Below are positions 50,470-61,360 of a stretch of DNA of 63,120 nt, one piece after another. The notes under the pieces were generated by a model, which ran no database searches, was not told where the DNA came from, and saw only the letters and a program-made list of their open reading frames with translations. The position numbers and the translations under genes were made by a program. Origin of the DNA: a virus (taxonomy: Duplodnaviria; Caudoviricetes); the IMG/VR virus record IMGVR_UViG_3300045741_000433, positions 1-63,120 of that record. One strand, 5' to 3'. Position 1 is the stretch's first letter, and each line of letters opens with the position of its first letter.

Positions 50470-51356
50470 TTGTATTTCCTTGTTTATTAATGTAATTCCT
50501 AAGTTTGTGATTGAAATTGATCCAACAATAAACAGCCACTGCGACTAGGATCGCTACCCCCAAAGGCCAGCGTGAGCCAGGATAGGCTGCTTGTAATTCA
50601 AGCATAATCACACCAGCTACCGCTGAAGTAATGAAAACATTAGCAAATGTCATCAATAAAATAGCGGGTAACATAGTAAAAAACCGCATCAATTTGTTTT
50701 GAGATTCTTCCATTATTAAACTTTAGGAGCGAATCGACCACGACTATCACGAACATTATGATAGTTAGCATTGCCATGATTGCTAACAGCAGTTGCTTTA
50801 ACAGACTTGTTAGTACCAACTTGTTGAAGAGCATAAAGCTCGCCAAGAGTAAAAACAAAAGTTAAGTTGTTACGAACTAATTCATTGGCAACAACCATAA
50901 AATCAGTACCGTTATCAAGCTTAGCTTGCACATCACGAGCTAATACCTCAATCTTTTCTGCAAGTTGCTTGACATCATTACGAGTTGTATTTGACATAAT
51001 TTATCTCCATTTATTTGCGTATCAGAATCTTTCTAAAATATAAACACGAACTTTACGGACCACAAGGGCGCGCAAATATTTTTAATTAGTGCCGGTCAAG
51101 CCACCGCCACCACCCTTAACAATTCCTAAAATTTTAGAAAGGGGATCTTCTTTAGGAGATAGACCAGATGCTTTTTGAATTAAAACTTGAATGTCTCCAA
51201 TCAAAGCAACAGACTCTGACATAACGCCAGAAGCTAAGCCTGCGCATTTAGACATTTCTACAACATACTCACTAGCATCAGAACCATCTTTTAATCCATC
51301 GGCGGTTGCTAATGAGGACTCTAATTCTCCAACTAATTTTTTAAGTAACTTCAAAT

Positions 51357-52001
51357 CTACTTTTCCAATTGCCATGATTTATCTCCAATAAATTGTGTTC
51401 GATCAAAATCTATAAGTTTAAAATTTCCATTTGCATCTTTCATAATATTTCTAGGATGCATATCAAGATGTTTTATTTTTGATTTTTTTAATGAATCGTA
51501 AAAAAATATAACTCTTTCAAAATTAAAGTCAAGCCCGCGATTTAATCCTAATAATATTTCTTTTACTTTATCGGGCGTATAATTTTTTTTCTTTCCACGA
51601 TCCTCGTGTGAAACTAAAGAATCAAATACTTTACGCTCATCATCAGAAATTTGTTGTAATTTTTCCATTACATAATAATATAAAATATATTTTTGCTTTT
51701 TGTTTTGCCAAGCGTCTCTAACATATTGACCCATATACTCGTGCGCATACACACGCGCATATGCGGGATCATTATTAAGCATTAAATAATTTAATGATTT
51801 CGAAATGTATTTGTATGTATTTAATAGTTTTACTGAACCCGTTTCATATAACACACAAAATTTAATTACTTTATCTAATTCATCAGTAATATCAAATACT
51901 TCGCCATCAGCGCCGTCACCTAATCTATTACCAATGGAATGAACAATTTTATCTGGACAAAATTGTTGGCACAATTTTAGAACTAACATATTTAAATCCA
52001 A
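51357..52001 (-). CDS. Protein kinase-like protein
   Basis: LGDGADGEV, HLDMHPRN, LIDFD. Confidence 0.8.
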   Translation of the reverse strand: MDLNMLVLKLCQQFCPDKIVHSIGNRLGDGADGEVFDITDELDKVIKFCVLYETGSVKLLNTYKYISKSLNYLMLNNDPAYARVYAHEYMGQYVRDAWQNKKQKYILYYYVMEKLQQISDDERKVFDSLVSHEDRGKKKNYTPDKVKEILLGLNRGLDFNFERVIFFYDSLKKSKIKHLDMHPRNIMKDANGNFKLIDFDRTQFIGDKSWQLEK

Positions 52002-52052
52002 TAATAAAAAAGCCGACCAGTGGCCGGCTTTAATAATTAACAGTTGAAATTT

Positions 52053-52319
52053 TTATTCTTCGTCTTCATAAACCATAGTTAAGACACCAGTATCTTTATC
52101 AAGATGAGCCTTAACTTTAGCAGATTTTGTTTCAGCTTCTTCTTCAACAGAATCAACTGATTTCATAATCACAACGCCAGTAGAATCAGTAATTGGCTTT
52201 ACTGACACAACTTTTTTAGTGGCAGCTTTTTTAACTGGTTTTTTAGCTAAAGGCTTTTTAACTGCTTTTTTTGCCGCAGGCTTCTTAACTGGTTTCTTTA
52301 CTGCTTTCTTTGAACTCAT
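52053..52319 (-). CDS. Histone H1-like basic protein
   Basis: KKAVKKP repeats. Confidence 0.65.
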   Translation of the reverse strand: MSSKKAVKKPVKKPAAKKAVKKPLAKKPVKKAATKKVVSVKPITDSTGVVIMKSVDSVEEEAETKSAKVKAHLDKDTGVLTMVYEDEE

Positions 52320-53264
52320 TTTATATCTCCTAGGTATTATACTGCTTCAGAGATTAAATTATTATCTACCATTACTTGATGTAATTCTTCACTATTTAAT
52401 TGCTTGTTATTTAATTCTTGCCAAGCAAATAGTGCAGTAGAAATTAAAGGAACCTCATCATCTAGATAATAATATTTATTATTAATCTCAGCGACTGTAC
52501 TTCGACCATATGATGTTTCATTGGAAATTAAATTAACTTCATCTCCAAGAATAATAAAAGTAATATAGTCTTTATACACAATCATATATAACTCCTAGAA
52601 TGAAGGGTCACAATATTCCCTGCGAAAATTTAAAGAAATCGTATTCCTACAACCAAGCAAACGATATCTTCCATCTTTACGAAGAGTTGCTGTCCAAGTC
52701 TCTCCATTAAGATCTCTCTCATACAAATATGATTGAGATTCAGATATGCCATTGTTATCTATGCGAATAGATTTGTCTCTTTGCAAGACAATTTTATTAC
52801 TAGACTTAGACATTTTAACTATAGTAGCTGCAACTTGATCGCTACCAATATTAATTGTAACTCCCATTCCAATCTTAGGAACAATCGAATTCTGATTCTT
52901 CATTGTCATTTAATTTTTCCATTTCAAAATTGAAGTTTTTATCTGCGCAACTTTGTTTGCAGAACAAATTACTACCACAAAGGTTGTGCGTATAAACTTT
53001 TCCATTAAGAATATTCCCACACTCTTTGCATTTTGGTAAAGATTTATACTCATCATTAGCCCATTTATCTGCTTCAGATATTGACATTATTTGCGAATCA
53101 ATTAATAATCTAACTTTAGATTTACCCTTGCCATTCCAAATTCTTCGGATATGACTTGCCTTTAAAAACGCTTCAAATGGAGTATTAATCTTACCTAATT
53201 CATCTCTGGTAATTTGAACTACTTTACCATATTTTTCATGAACAATTTTAGATACTGAATACAT

Positions 53265-53387
53265 TGGTGGAGCGGGTAGGATTCGAACCTACAATTCGTA
53301 TCGGTTACAATCGATTTAGAATAGGTGGATTCAGAGTGATTGTACCACTCTTCGGCCTCCCGCGTACTCCAATTCCGCCACCGCTCC
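53265..53387 (-). ncRNA. Interrupted Tyr-like tRNA (123 nt)
   Basis: GGAGCGG/CCGCTCC-A-CCA, intact D and T arms, about 40 extra nt. Confidence 0.7.
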
Positions 53388-53582
53388 ATTACTTTATAAA
53401 ACCATTATAACGATCCCAAAACTCCTTTGTTTGATATTTAGATTGATCACACTCATCGCATACACAATGCGCGCCAAATTCTTTACCTGGATGAGAAACC
53501 GGATCTTCTAAATCAGGTTCAATGTAACACTTCATTGTACATTTATATACCTCATAACAGGTAGGGCAATGATGATAATGAA

Positions 53583-54692
53583 TCACTTAATCTTATTCCT
53601 CAACTCAGTAGAACTAATATCCCATCTGCCAGGAAGATCTTTTAATACCCAATATGCCTCATCTATAACATGTTGTTCTTTAAAAATCTCATCACTCTTT
53701 GCAAGAATATCATAAACATGAACTAACTTATTGTCAATGGTTCTTGCCGCCACATAAAGTCTTGTATGCAATTTCCAAAATTGAGAAATTAAATCAGATG
53801 GATCAATTCCCCATTTAGGATCAAGCATGCGTACAAGCGCATCTGTTCCTAATAAAATTGACATCCCAGGATAAGCTTTAGCCTTATCTAAATACATAGG
53901 CATATCTGTAGTAAAAATTCTATTATGGCCCTGTAAAAGCTTGGCCCTCTTAAGCATATCTTGAACAGATAATTTATCTTTATGGGGCGGCGTGGTACTA
54001 ACTTCAAACACTACTCTTTCGGAATGATCTTTTTCAAACTCAGTTGCCATACTTAAATGACCAACATGAGGCGGATTAAACGCACCAGGCATTAATGCCC
54101 AATCATTAGAATTTAAAATCGCTTCAAGCCTATATCCATTAGCAGTAAAGAATGGTCTGCGCAAGAATCTTGCTCTAGCTAAATCAGTAGCATCAATGCT
54201 ACCTTCGCTTGACTTCGTTCCAATACCTAATGCCTCATACATAAGCATGAAAGCATTCATATCAACACGAACGCCATCACGTACTCTTTGGTCAATACCA
54301 ATCCCTTTATCAAGTATAACATAGTCGGTAAGAACTTTATCATCAGTAATAACGCAAACGTTAAAACGATGGTCTCCTTTGTGAAGAACTTCAGATGCAA
54401 CAGATGCAGTAATACCAATACCAACTGGTTTCTTACCACCGAATCTATATGCTTTCATATAAGCGGCGCTAGCCAAATCAATAGCAGTTTCTTGACTAAC
54501 AAAATGTTCTGGTTTGAATCCAAGTAATTCTTCAGTTTCGGATTGATCATATGGAAATGAACAACCTGAAAGGTAAGCAGAACTACCAGGAACTTGCCAA
54601 AGCATTTGCTGAAGTCCGGCACCAGCACCAGTTGCAATAACATGAATGCTTATATTAGCACTTTTAAGTGCATTAACATCATTAGCCCACAT
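53583..54692 (-). CDS. CinA/PncC-like domain fused to nucleotidyltransferase (NadD-like)
   Basis: PGSSAYL, GIGIT; PGAFNPPHVGH, LGTD, ISSTELR. Confidence 0.75.
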   Translation of the reverse strand: MWANDVNALKSANISIHVIATGAGAGLQQMLWQVPGSSAYLSGCSFPYDQSETEELLGFKPEHFVSQETAIDLASAAYMKAYRFGGKKPVGIGITASVASEVLHKGDHRFNVCVITDDKVLTDYVILDKGIGIDQRVRDGVRVDMNAFMLMYEALGIGTKSSEGSIDATDLARARFLRRPFFTANGYRLEAILNSNDWALMPGAFNPPHVGHLSMATEFEKDHSERVVFEVSTTPPHKDKLSVQDMLKRAKLLQGHNRIFTTDMPMYLDKAKAYPGMSILLGTDALVRMLDPKWGIDPSDLISQFWKLHTRLYVAARTIDNKLVHVYDILAKSDEIFKEQHVIDEAYWVLKDLPGRWDISSTELRNKIK

Positions 54693-55265
54693 AATTACTT
54701 CCTTTTCTTATTTATTGCTAATTGCAATCTTTCTTCAACATAAGGTAAATCAATTCTAGGAAAACTAATTTGAGGCGAAATTATAAAATCATTGTTATCA
54801 CATCCGTCTTCAATCCATACATTAAAAGATAATCTTTTGTTCTTATGCATTGGTCTTCCAAAATGACCTTTAACGCCATGATTTCTTAAAAGAAAACTAA
54901 ACTCCCAACCTTCTTTGCTGTGACCGACAAACCTATCACAATTCATTTGTTTATACATTGGAGTATTATAAACCGCCAAATAGTTGTAAAACTTTTCTAA
55001 ATCTTTAGAGGTGTCAAAAGAAATCCAAACATTAGAATAACAATTTGGAGTTCTAATACACTCATCATAAGTTGATCCATTTTTATATTTATGAATCTTC
55101 CATTTGTGATTACAGCTAAACTTACAATGAGCTTGGCAAGAATTATTTGTTTTGATTCCAAGCTTCCACATTTTTTCTAAAATGGATACAATATCCATGT
55201 CAATTCTTATTTTGGATCCATTATATATTTTCCATTTAAATGGATGCCTTTTATTATTCATTTAA

Positions 55266-55889
55266 TTACTGAAATAAATAACTGGTTTCAGTTCCTTTAA
55301 CAGTTAATAATCTTTTATCAAGACCATAAACTTGCCTACGTAAGTTATTAACAACTCTCATGATAGCATCAAACCAGCGCGCAGGTAATTTAGATCCATA
55401 ATTAGGATACATTAACTTATCTCTTAACTCTGAAATAGTAATCAATTTACCAGGATTATTGTAAAAATATTTAAACATATCCCATTCAGAGTCATTAAGT
55501 TGATAAACTCCAGAACGAGTTTTAACTCTTTTAAAACCCATTGGGTCCAATTCGAAATCAATCTGAACTTGATGCTTATTATTATTTACAGGAATAACAT
55601 TGCCAGATGGTGTTCTTTTAACTTGAATAAGATTCTGTTGAGATGCAACAGGCGGAGTAGGAGGCTTAACTAATGTAATAAACTTAACATTAAAAGGAAG
55701 TGATGTGCCAGCTAAGGCAAATTTTCTTTTAATATCTGACACTACCTTCTGCATTGTTTTTAGCTTAACAGTAGATGGGGTCTTAGAAAATTGAACTAAC
55801 TCTTCCCACGCAACTTCTCTGCCAGAACGCACTTCAAGATATCTAACAACATCAGACTCTTGATTAGTTAATTTAACTCCTGTAAACAT
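55266..55889 (-). CDS. Winged-helix transcription regulator-like protein
   Basis: OmpR C-terminal-like ...LRR...LLTVKG..Y. Confidence 0.55.
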   Translation of the reverse strand: MFTGVKLTNQESDVVRYLEVRSGREVAWEELVQFSKTPSTVKLKTMQKVVSDIKRKFALAGTSLPFNVKFITLVKPPTPPVASQQNLIQVKRTPSGNVIPVNNNKHQVQIDFELDPMGFKRVKTRSGVYQLNDSEWDMFKYFYNNPGKLITISELRDKLMYPNYGSKLPARWFDAIMRVVNNLRRQVYGLDKRLLTVKGTETSYLFQ

Positions 55890-56485
55890 TATTATCCTTT
55901 AATTATTAGAGGTATATTTAAACCAAGTGTTATTCTCATCATGAAGATAAACGCGGCTTTTGCCATGCTCTTTCCAATCAAGATGAATAACAGTTACACC
56001 AGTTGATGGATCGTACTCAACACTCTCTACAAAAGCAGGGTATGGCATACTTTGAACTACAAGTCTTTCACCAATCTTAACCATTTGAATCTCCTTATAA
56101 ATAATGTACTCCCGCCGTTAGATGGTGGGATTTTACTAAATACAATTTATAGTATTAAAAAGTATATAATTACCAGTTAATTTAATAAATTCATTTATTA
56201 ACGGGCGTGGTTTGGGGTGACGCATCATTAAAACAATGGCATACAATCCCTGGGCGCGGGGCAGGGGGAGAAGTAACCCATTCTGCTTTAGCGCCAGGAG
56301 CACATGATCTAACCGGATGATCATTATCTACAATGAAAAATTCATCCCTACAAACCTCTACAGGCTTTGGTTTATCGGAACAAGCCTCAACCTTATAAGC
56401 AAAGAAGAATGCACTAATTGTAATTAGAACAACACATAGCAAAACAATTCTTGTAGTTTTTGCATCACTTTCATCTGACATAATA

Positions 56486-57022
56486 CTATCCTTTTAAATT
56501 AAGTAATTTTAAATATTTATTAGCACACTCTGAATGTGCGGGAAAAGCTAATTCTTTAGCTTCCCACATTACATTAATTGCTGTAACTTCTTCATTCGCA
56601 ACAAATGACTTTAAGGAACTTTCATTTAAGTAAAAATTATAAGCACAAAAAATAAGAATGTTTTCTTTATTTGTTGAAGATGCTACATCATATAATTGAT
56701 ATGATGATTCTTTTGTTGATATACCTAACTCCTCTTTAACTTCACGAACAGCAGCTTGTTGCCAGGTTTCTCCAGCATCAATGTATCCGCCAGTTAAAGC
56801 CCATTCACCTTTCTTTGGTTCAATAGCTCTTTCCTGAATTAGAAGACCATATCTATATCCACCAATACCATCATCACCTGAAACAACTAACATAACAATT
56901 ACAACTGGAGTTGGATTACTCCAACTAGTATTAGAACAATTATTGCAATGGCGGGGCCATTTAACTTGCTCGATAAATTCTATGCCACAATAACTGCAAT
57001 GAGAATTTTTATTGAATGACAT
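56486..57022 (-). CDS. Zn-ribbon NUDIX hydrolase
   Basis: CSYCG...CNNC...NP; GGYIDAGETWQQAAVREVKEE. Confidence 0.9.
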   Translation of the reverse strand: MSFNKNSHCSYCGIEFIEQVKWPRHCNNCSNTSWSNPTPVVIVMLVVSGDDGIGGYRYGLLIQERAIEPKKGEWALTGGYIDAGETWQQAAVREVKEELGISTKESSYQLYDVASSTNKENILIFCAYNFYLNESSLKSFVANEEVTAINVMWEAKELAFPAHSECANKYLKLLNLKG

Positions 57023-57722
57023 TGAGATGCCTCTTAACGCTTTCTTTTTTAACGCCATGTGCGGCAAACGCAATACCAAAATTACCTTCTCTTAAACGGT
57101 CTGCATTAAAACACAGTCTACAATCAGAACATCCAATGCCTCTGGTCTGGGCAGGACACGGAATCCATTTAGTATCAGATCTATCCAAAAGATAAGCCTT
57201 ATCAGATTTATGTTCCGACACAACAATAGCAGGTGCATAACCTTGCGCCCAACAATCATAAGCCTCATCTACATCAGCAACAGATGCCAACATAGAAACA
57301 TTGCTCCATTCTTTACGTGGAACATGTTTCCAAGCATGAGTATATGACCAGCAATCACCACCACCACGTTTCTTCCAACGACCAACAGCATTGTTAATCA
57401 TGCGGGTGCCAGCTAATGTACGACTATCGCCAGCAACATGGATACGTAATGCTCTTCCAGTAGGCACAGGACCACCATTATAAGACATATCAATGGCTTT
57501 AGCTTCAGCCCTAGCAACATCAAGAGCAGATCCACCACGAGCCCTACGTTCTAATCGTTGATTAATCATACCAACAAAAGAAGTTTGGGCGTAACACCCC
57601 ACTCCTTTAAGCGAACAACTATTAGGACACGTTGCCTTAATACTTGCATAGGTGGCATCTACCTTTTTTGATCCCATGATCTTGGTATTACCACTATCAC
57701 TCACATACAATGCACCATTCAT
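57009..57722 (-). CDS. Gp88-like Cys-motif phage protein
   Basis: CPNSC..GCYA, RIHVAGD, WSYTH, CPAQ..CSDCRLC. Confidence 0.6.
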   Translation of the reverse strand: MNGALYVSDSGNTKIMGSKKVDATYASIKATCPNSCSLKGVGCYAQTSFVGMINQRLERRARGGSALDVARAEAKAIDMSYNGGPVPTGRALRIHVAGDSRTLAGTRMINNAVGRWKKRGGGDCWSYTHAWKHVPRKEWSNVSMLASVADVDEAYDCWAQGYAPAIVVSEHKSDKAYLLDRSDTKWIPCPAQTRGIGCSDCRLCFNADRLREGNFGIAFAAHGVKKESVKRHLNVIQ

Positions 57723-57842
57723 AACTTGTGTAACTCCTTTTGTTTAAACCTTACTGCCGTTAGATGGTAGGAAAGGGAGCCCAATCTTATAGATTGAGCC
57801 CCCTATTAGGTGCAGCGCGTTTAATGGCAATGCACTTACCTA

Positions 57843-59087
57843 TTACCAATCGCTAGAAGATCCCCCTCCACCAGAATCTCCTCCACCAAAACCTCCAAAT
57901 CCACCATCAGAACTACCGCCACTAGAAGAGCTTCCGCCCCAATCAAAAGAACTAGAAGAACTAGAAGAGCTAGAAGAACTACTTCTGGCTTTTTCAGCCG
58001 CTCTTCGTCTATCATCTTCAGCTTCGCGCTCTCTACGAAGTCTGGCTTGGTGTTCTAATTCAGACACTACCGTAGCTGCTGGCGTAAAAGAAGGTTTAAC
58101 ATGAGAAGTTTTCAAAACAGGCCGATTTGCACTAACGGTCGAAACAACCACTTTAGATGCTTTATGTTTAGGAGTTGGTCTAGGAACCGTTGGCTTTGCC
58201 GATGCCTTAACAACAGGCTCTGTAACTGTAACAATTGCTTTAACTGGCTCAACAACCTCATCAGCAACGTTTTTAAGAGTTTGCGGGGAATAAAAAGCAA
58301 CTGGCGTTTTAATAGCTTTCATTTCATTTTTAACTTCGGGCTCAAATTCAATTTCTTTAAGAGCTTTTTTAAAAGCATCATCGCGCTTTTTGCGTAAAAA
58401 TAATGCAACACCAATCAAAACAAAAACAACTAATAGTGCCACTTCTCCCAAATAAGAAACAGATCCATCCCCGCCGACAGAAGATACACTACAGCCACTA
58501 TTAGAAGAACTAGTGGCAGTAGTTTGAGGAGGCGCAACAGGATTAGCAGGAGTTACAGTAGGCACTGGATCAGCCTTTTGATTTAATCTGCTTTCCATCA
58601 AAGATGATAGTGCATTTAAAGTGTCATCAAATCCGCCATAAAAATCACCAGACTTAAGATGAGGATTTAAATTGCGCTTAAGAATATCATTAGCTTTTAA
58701 ATCTGGCACTTCGCCTTCAACGCCTTTACCAGTTTCAATTCTAGATTTACGCTCCTTAATTGCAACAACAATTAAGCAACCATTATCTAATCCTCTCTTA
58801 CCAACTCCCCAAGCTTTATAGGTAGCATTGGCAACATCTTCAATATTATCACCACCCATATCTTGAAGTAACAAAACTCCAAATTCATTTTTGGTAGCTT
58901 TGCTAACACTATCAATCTTTTTATTAAGAGCAATGATTTGAGAATCACTCATTCTACCAGATTGATCAACAACATATCCACCATTAGGTGGCGGGGCAGG
59001 AGGCGTATATGCCAATGCATTTCCAGCAAATAACATTACGACTAACGTAACTAATACATTTAAAAATTTATTCATCTTCATCCTCAT
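57843..59087 (-). CDS. TPM-domain membrane protein
   Basis: YVVDQ, WGVGKRGLDNG, RIETGKGVEG; Gly-rich tail ending in W. Confidence 0.9.
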   Translation of the reverse strand: MRMKMNKFLNVLVTLVVMLFAGNALAYTPPAPPPNGGYVVDQSGRMSDSQIIALNKKIDSVSKATKNEFGVLLLQDMGGDNIEDVANATYKAWGVGKRGLDNGCLIVVAIKERKSRIETGKGVEGEVPDLKANDILKRNLNPHLKSGDFYGGFDDTLNALSSLMESRLNQKADPVPTVTPANPVAPPQTTATSSSNSGCSVSSVGGDGSVSYLGEVALLVVFVLIGVALFLRKKRDDAFKKALKEIEFEPEVKNEMKAIKTPVAFYSPQTLKNVADEVVEPVKAIVTVTEPVVKASAKPTVPRPTPKHKASKVVVSTVSANRPVLKTSHVKPSFTPAATVVSELEHQARLRREREAEDDRRRAAEKARSSSSSSSSSSSSFDWGGSSSSGGSSDGGFGGFGGGDSGGGGSSSDW

Positions 59088-59192
59088 TTGAATTATCAGA
59101 TTTTAATTCTTCCATTCGTTCGCGATGTTTAAGAACTAATTCAACAACACTGTAAGCGCCTATAACTAGGATTAATATAATTACCCAATCCA

Positions 59193-59609
59193 TTACCAAT
59201 CGCTCGAAGAGTCTCCATCAGAAGAACCGCCATCAGAACTTCCACCATCGGAAGATCCTCCATCAGAACCCCAATCACTAGAGGCTCCACCACCACCAGA
59301 ATCTCCTCCGCCAAATCCACCAAAAGAACTTGAGCCAGAGTCATCAGAACTTGAGCCAGAGTCATCAGAACTAGAACTACTATAACTAGAGCTAGAGCTA
59401 ACAGAAGACGATGGCCAAGCAGTTACAACAGTTGTATCACTCGAACTCTTCCAAGAGTTATCATAATCACTAGTAGTAGAACTAGGTCTATAAGGACTAT
59501 AAACGCTATCGGAATTAGAGTCAGATGACTTCATTAAGTTCCAAAGCAATAAACCCAATAAAAAAACGCCAACAAAAGCAAGCGTTAAAATTAACAATAA
59601 TGTAAGCAT
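59193..59609 (-). CDS. Single-TM Ser/Gly-rich protein with TPM-type tail
   Basis: GGFGGGDSGGGGASSDW. Confidence 0.7.
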   Translation of the reverse strand: MLTLLLILTLAFVGVFLLGLLLWNLMKSSDSNSDSVYSPYRPSSTTSDYDNSWKSSSDTTVVTAWPSSSVSSSSSYSSSSSDDSGSSSDDSGSSSFGGFGGGDSGGGGASSDWGSDGGSSDGGSSDGGSSDGDSSSDW

Positions 59610-59625
59610 AATATATTACCTTTCC

Positions 59626-59808
59626 TTACCAATCATCCGATGAACCACCGCCACCAGAATCTCCACCACCGAAACCACCAAATCCGCCATCCGAATCATC
59701 GTCATCCCAATCCATAATGATTCCTACAAAAAAGAATCCAAGTCGGAATACAAGATAAAGAACAATAAGGAAAAGGATAATTAAACCGATTATTGCAAAT
59801 GTAGGCAT
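59626..59808 (-). CDS. Small TM protein with TPM-type tail
   Basis: GGFGGGDSGGGGSSDDW; GGAG RBS. Confidence 0.7.
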   Translation of the reverse strand: MPTFAIIGLIILFLIVLYLVFRLGFFFVGIIMDWDDDDSDGGFGGFGGGDSGGGGSSDDW

Positions 59809-59820
59809 TATAATCTCCTA

Positions 59821-60543
59821 TTATTTGGTAGTTGCAGGTTGCACGGCAGGTTGAGCGGCAGGCGTACCAAAATCAAGCTTGGGAGCAGCTTTATCAGCAT
59901 CATCAGCTTGGAAATAAACACGAGGTCTAAACTCATGACCAGTAATAGGATTCATAATCTTACCGCTAACATGTCTCAATTCAGTATTGAAAGACATAAC
60001 AGCCTTATTGTATTGCTCTCGCGCTCTAAGCAATCTGTTTTCAGTACCTTCAACTTGAACCTGAAGATCGTGGAACTGCGAAGATGCTGCCAACTTAGGA
60101 TACTGGGCAGGAGCTTGCACCATAAGACGGCTCAATTGCGTTCCAAGAGCAGATTGCGCTTGCTGATAAGCAGCAAACTTTGCGGGGTCTTCCATGTCAC
60201 CAGCTTTAGGATCAAGCTTAACTTCAGGTCTAGTAGCATTGGCTTGTGCCTGAGCAATAGCAACTAAAGTAACCTCTTCATGAGCAGCAGAAGCTTTCAC
60301 GATAGAAACTAATTGAGGAACCATTTGCGCTCTACGAGTAAGGTTAGCTTCATAATCGCCCCAAGCAGCGTTACAAGCCTCATCCTTATCAACTAAAGTA
60401 TCATATTTAATGGTGCCTTTTTCAACAGGATTATCGCCCTGCTTGAAACCAACATCTTCCATATGCTTATTGACATCACAACCAGTTGCGGCAACAAACG
60501 AGGCAGCCACAACAAACGATAAAATAACATTACGAATCTTCAT
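59821..60543 (-). CDS. lemA: LemA family protein
   Basis: RRAQMVPQLV, YPKL, EGTENRL..AR..YN. Confidence 0.9.
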   Translation of the reverse strand: MKIRNVILSFVVAASFVAATGCDVNKHMEDVGFKQGDNPVEKGTIKYDTLVDKDEACNAAWGDYEANLTRRAQMVPQLVSIVKASAAHEEVTLVAIAQAQANATRPEVKLDPKAGDMEDPAKFAAYQQAQSALGTQLSRLMVQAPAQYPKLAASSQFHDLQVQVEGTENRLLRAREQYNKAVMSFNTELRHVSGKIMNPITGHEFRPRVYFQADDADKAAPKLDFGTPAAQPAVQPATTK

Positions 60544-60909
60544 TAGACATTACCTTTCTTATTTTGAGACTTAACTTCAACTGCCTTTTCTTTGGCATCA
60601 CGCTTCTCTTTAGCTTCATTAACTAAAGCTTGTAGTCTAGCTCTCTGTTTACTAGAACCAGTGGTAGGAAGAGCATCAAGCTTTGCTTGATTAGTAGGAT
60701 ACTTTTTATTGTAAGCCTCTAAACGCTCCTCAGCAGCCTTACGACGCATCGCCTTAACAGCCTTCGTAACAGGATAACCTCTATGACTCATATTTCATTC
60801 TCCTTTATTTTTAAATTGATAATATTTAGTAGTAACAAAATCTACTAATCCACGCCACCATCCTTGACATGAACAAAAATAACCCATTTCTTTTGAAGTG
60901 CATCTCATT

Positions 60910-61332
60910 TTATTCTGTCTTTAAATAAACGTTTGGAAACATTGTTTTGAAAATATTTAATGTTTTAGTATTATAATCACCGAATGCAGCCTTAGTAGAA
61001 GTAACCTCTTTAGCAGTAAGCCACTTAACTTCACCCTCTTCACTATTTGTTGGAACGCCTTCCCAATCAGTAGCATAATAACAGCGGCTATAATAATCTA
61101 CACCATTAGGCCCATCACCTAATTCTACTCGTTCGTAAAGTAATACACAATCATTTACTTTAACATCAGTCTCTTCTTTGGTTTCTCTAATAGCAGTATC
61201 TTTAGTGTCTTTGTCACCAGCCTCAGGATCAAACTTACCTCCTGGCAAACCAAAAATAGTCTTATCATGCCTGCGAGATATACCAAGAATTAAACCTTGA
61301 TTCACAATCAACATTACGCCAGCTTGCTTCAT
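60910..61332 (-). CDS. NUDIX hydrolase
   Basis: LPGGK...AIRETKEET. Confidence 0.9.
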   Translation of the reverse strand: MKQAGVMLIVNQGLILGISRRHDKTIFGLPGGKFDPEAGDKDTKDTAIRETKEETDVKVNDCVLLYERVELGDGPNGVDYYSRCYYATDWEGVPTNSEEGEVKWLTAKEVTSTKAAFGDYNTKTLNIFKTMFPNVYLKTE

Positions 61333-61360
61333 ATTAATACCTAATCTGAAATTAAATAAG

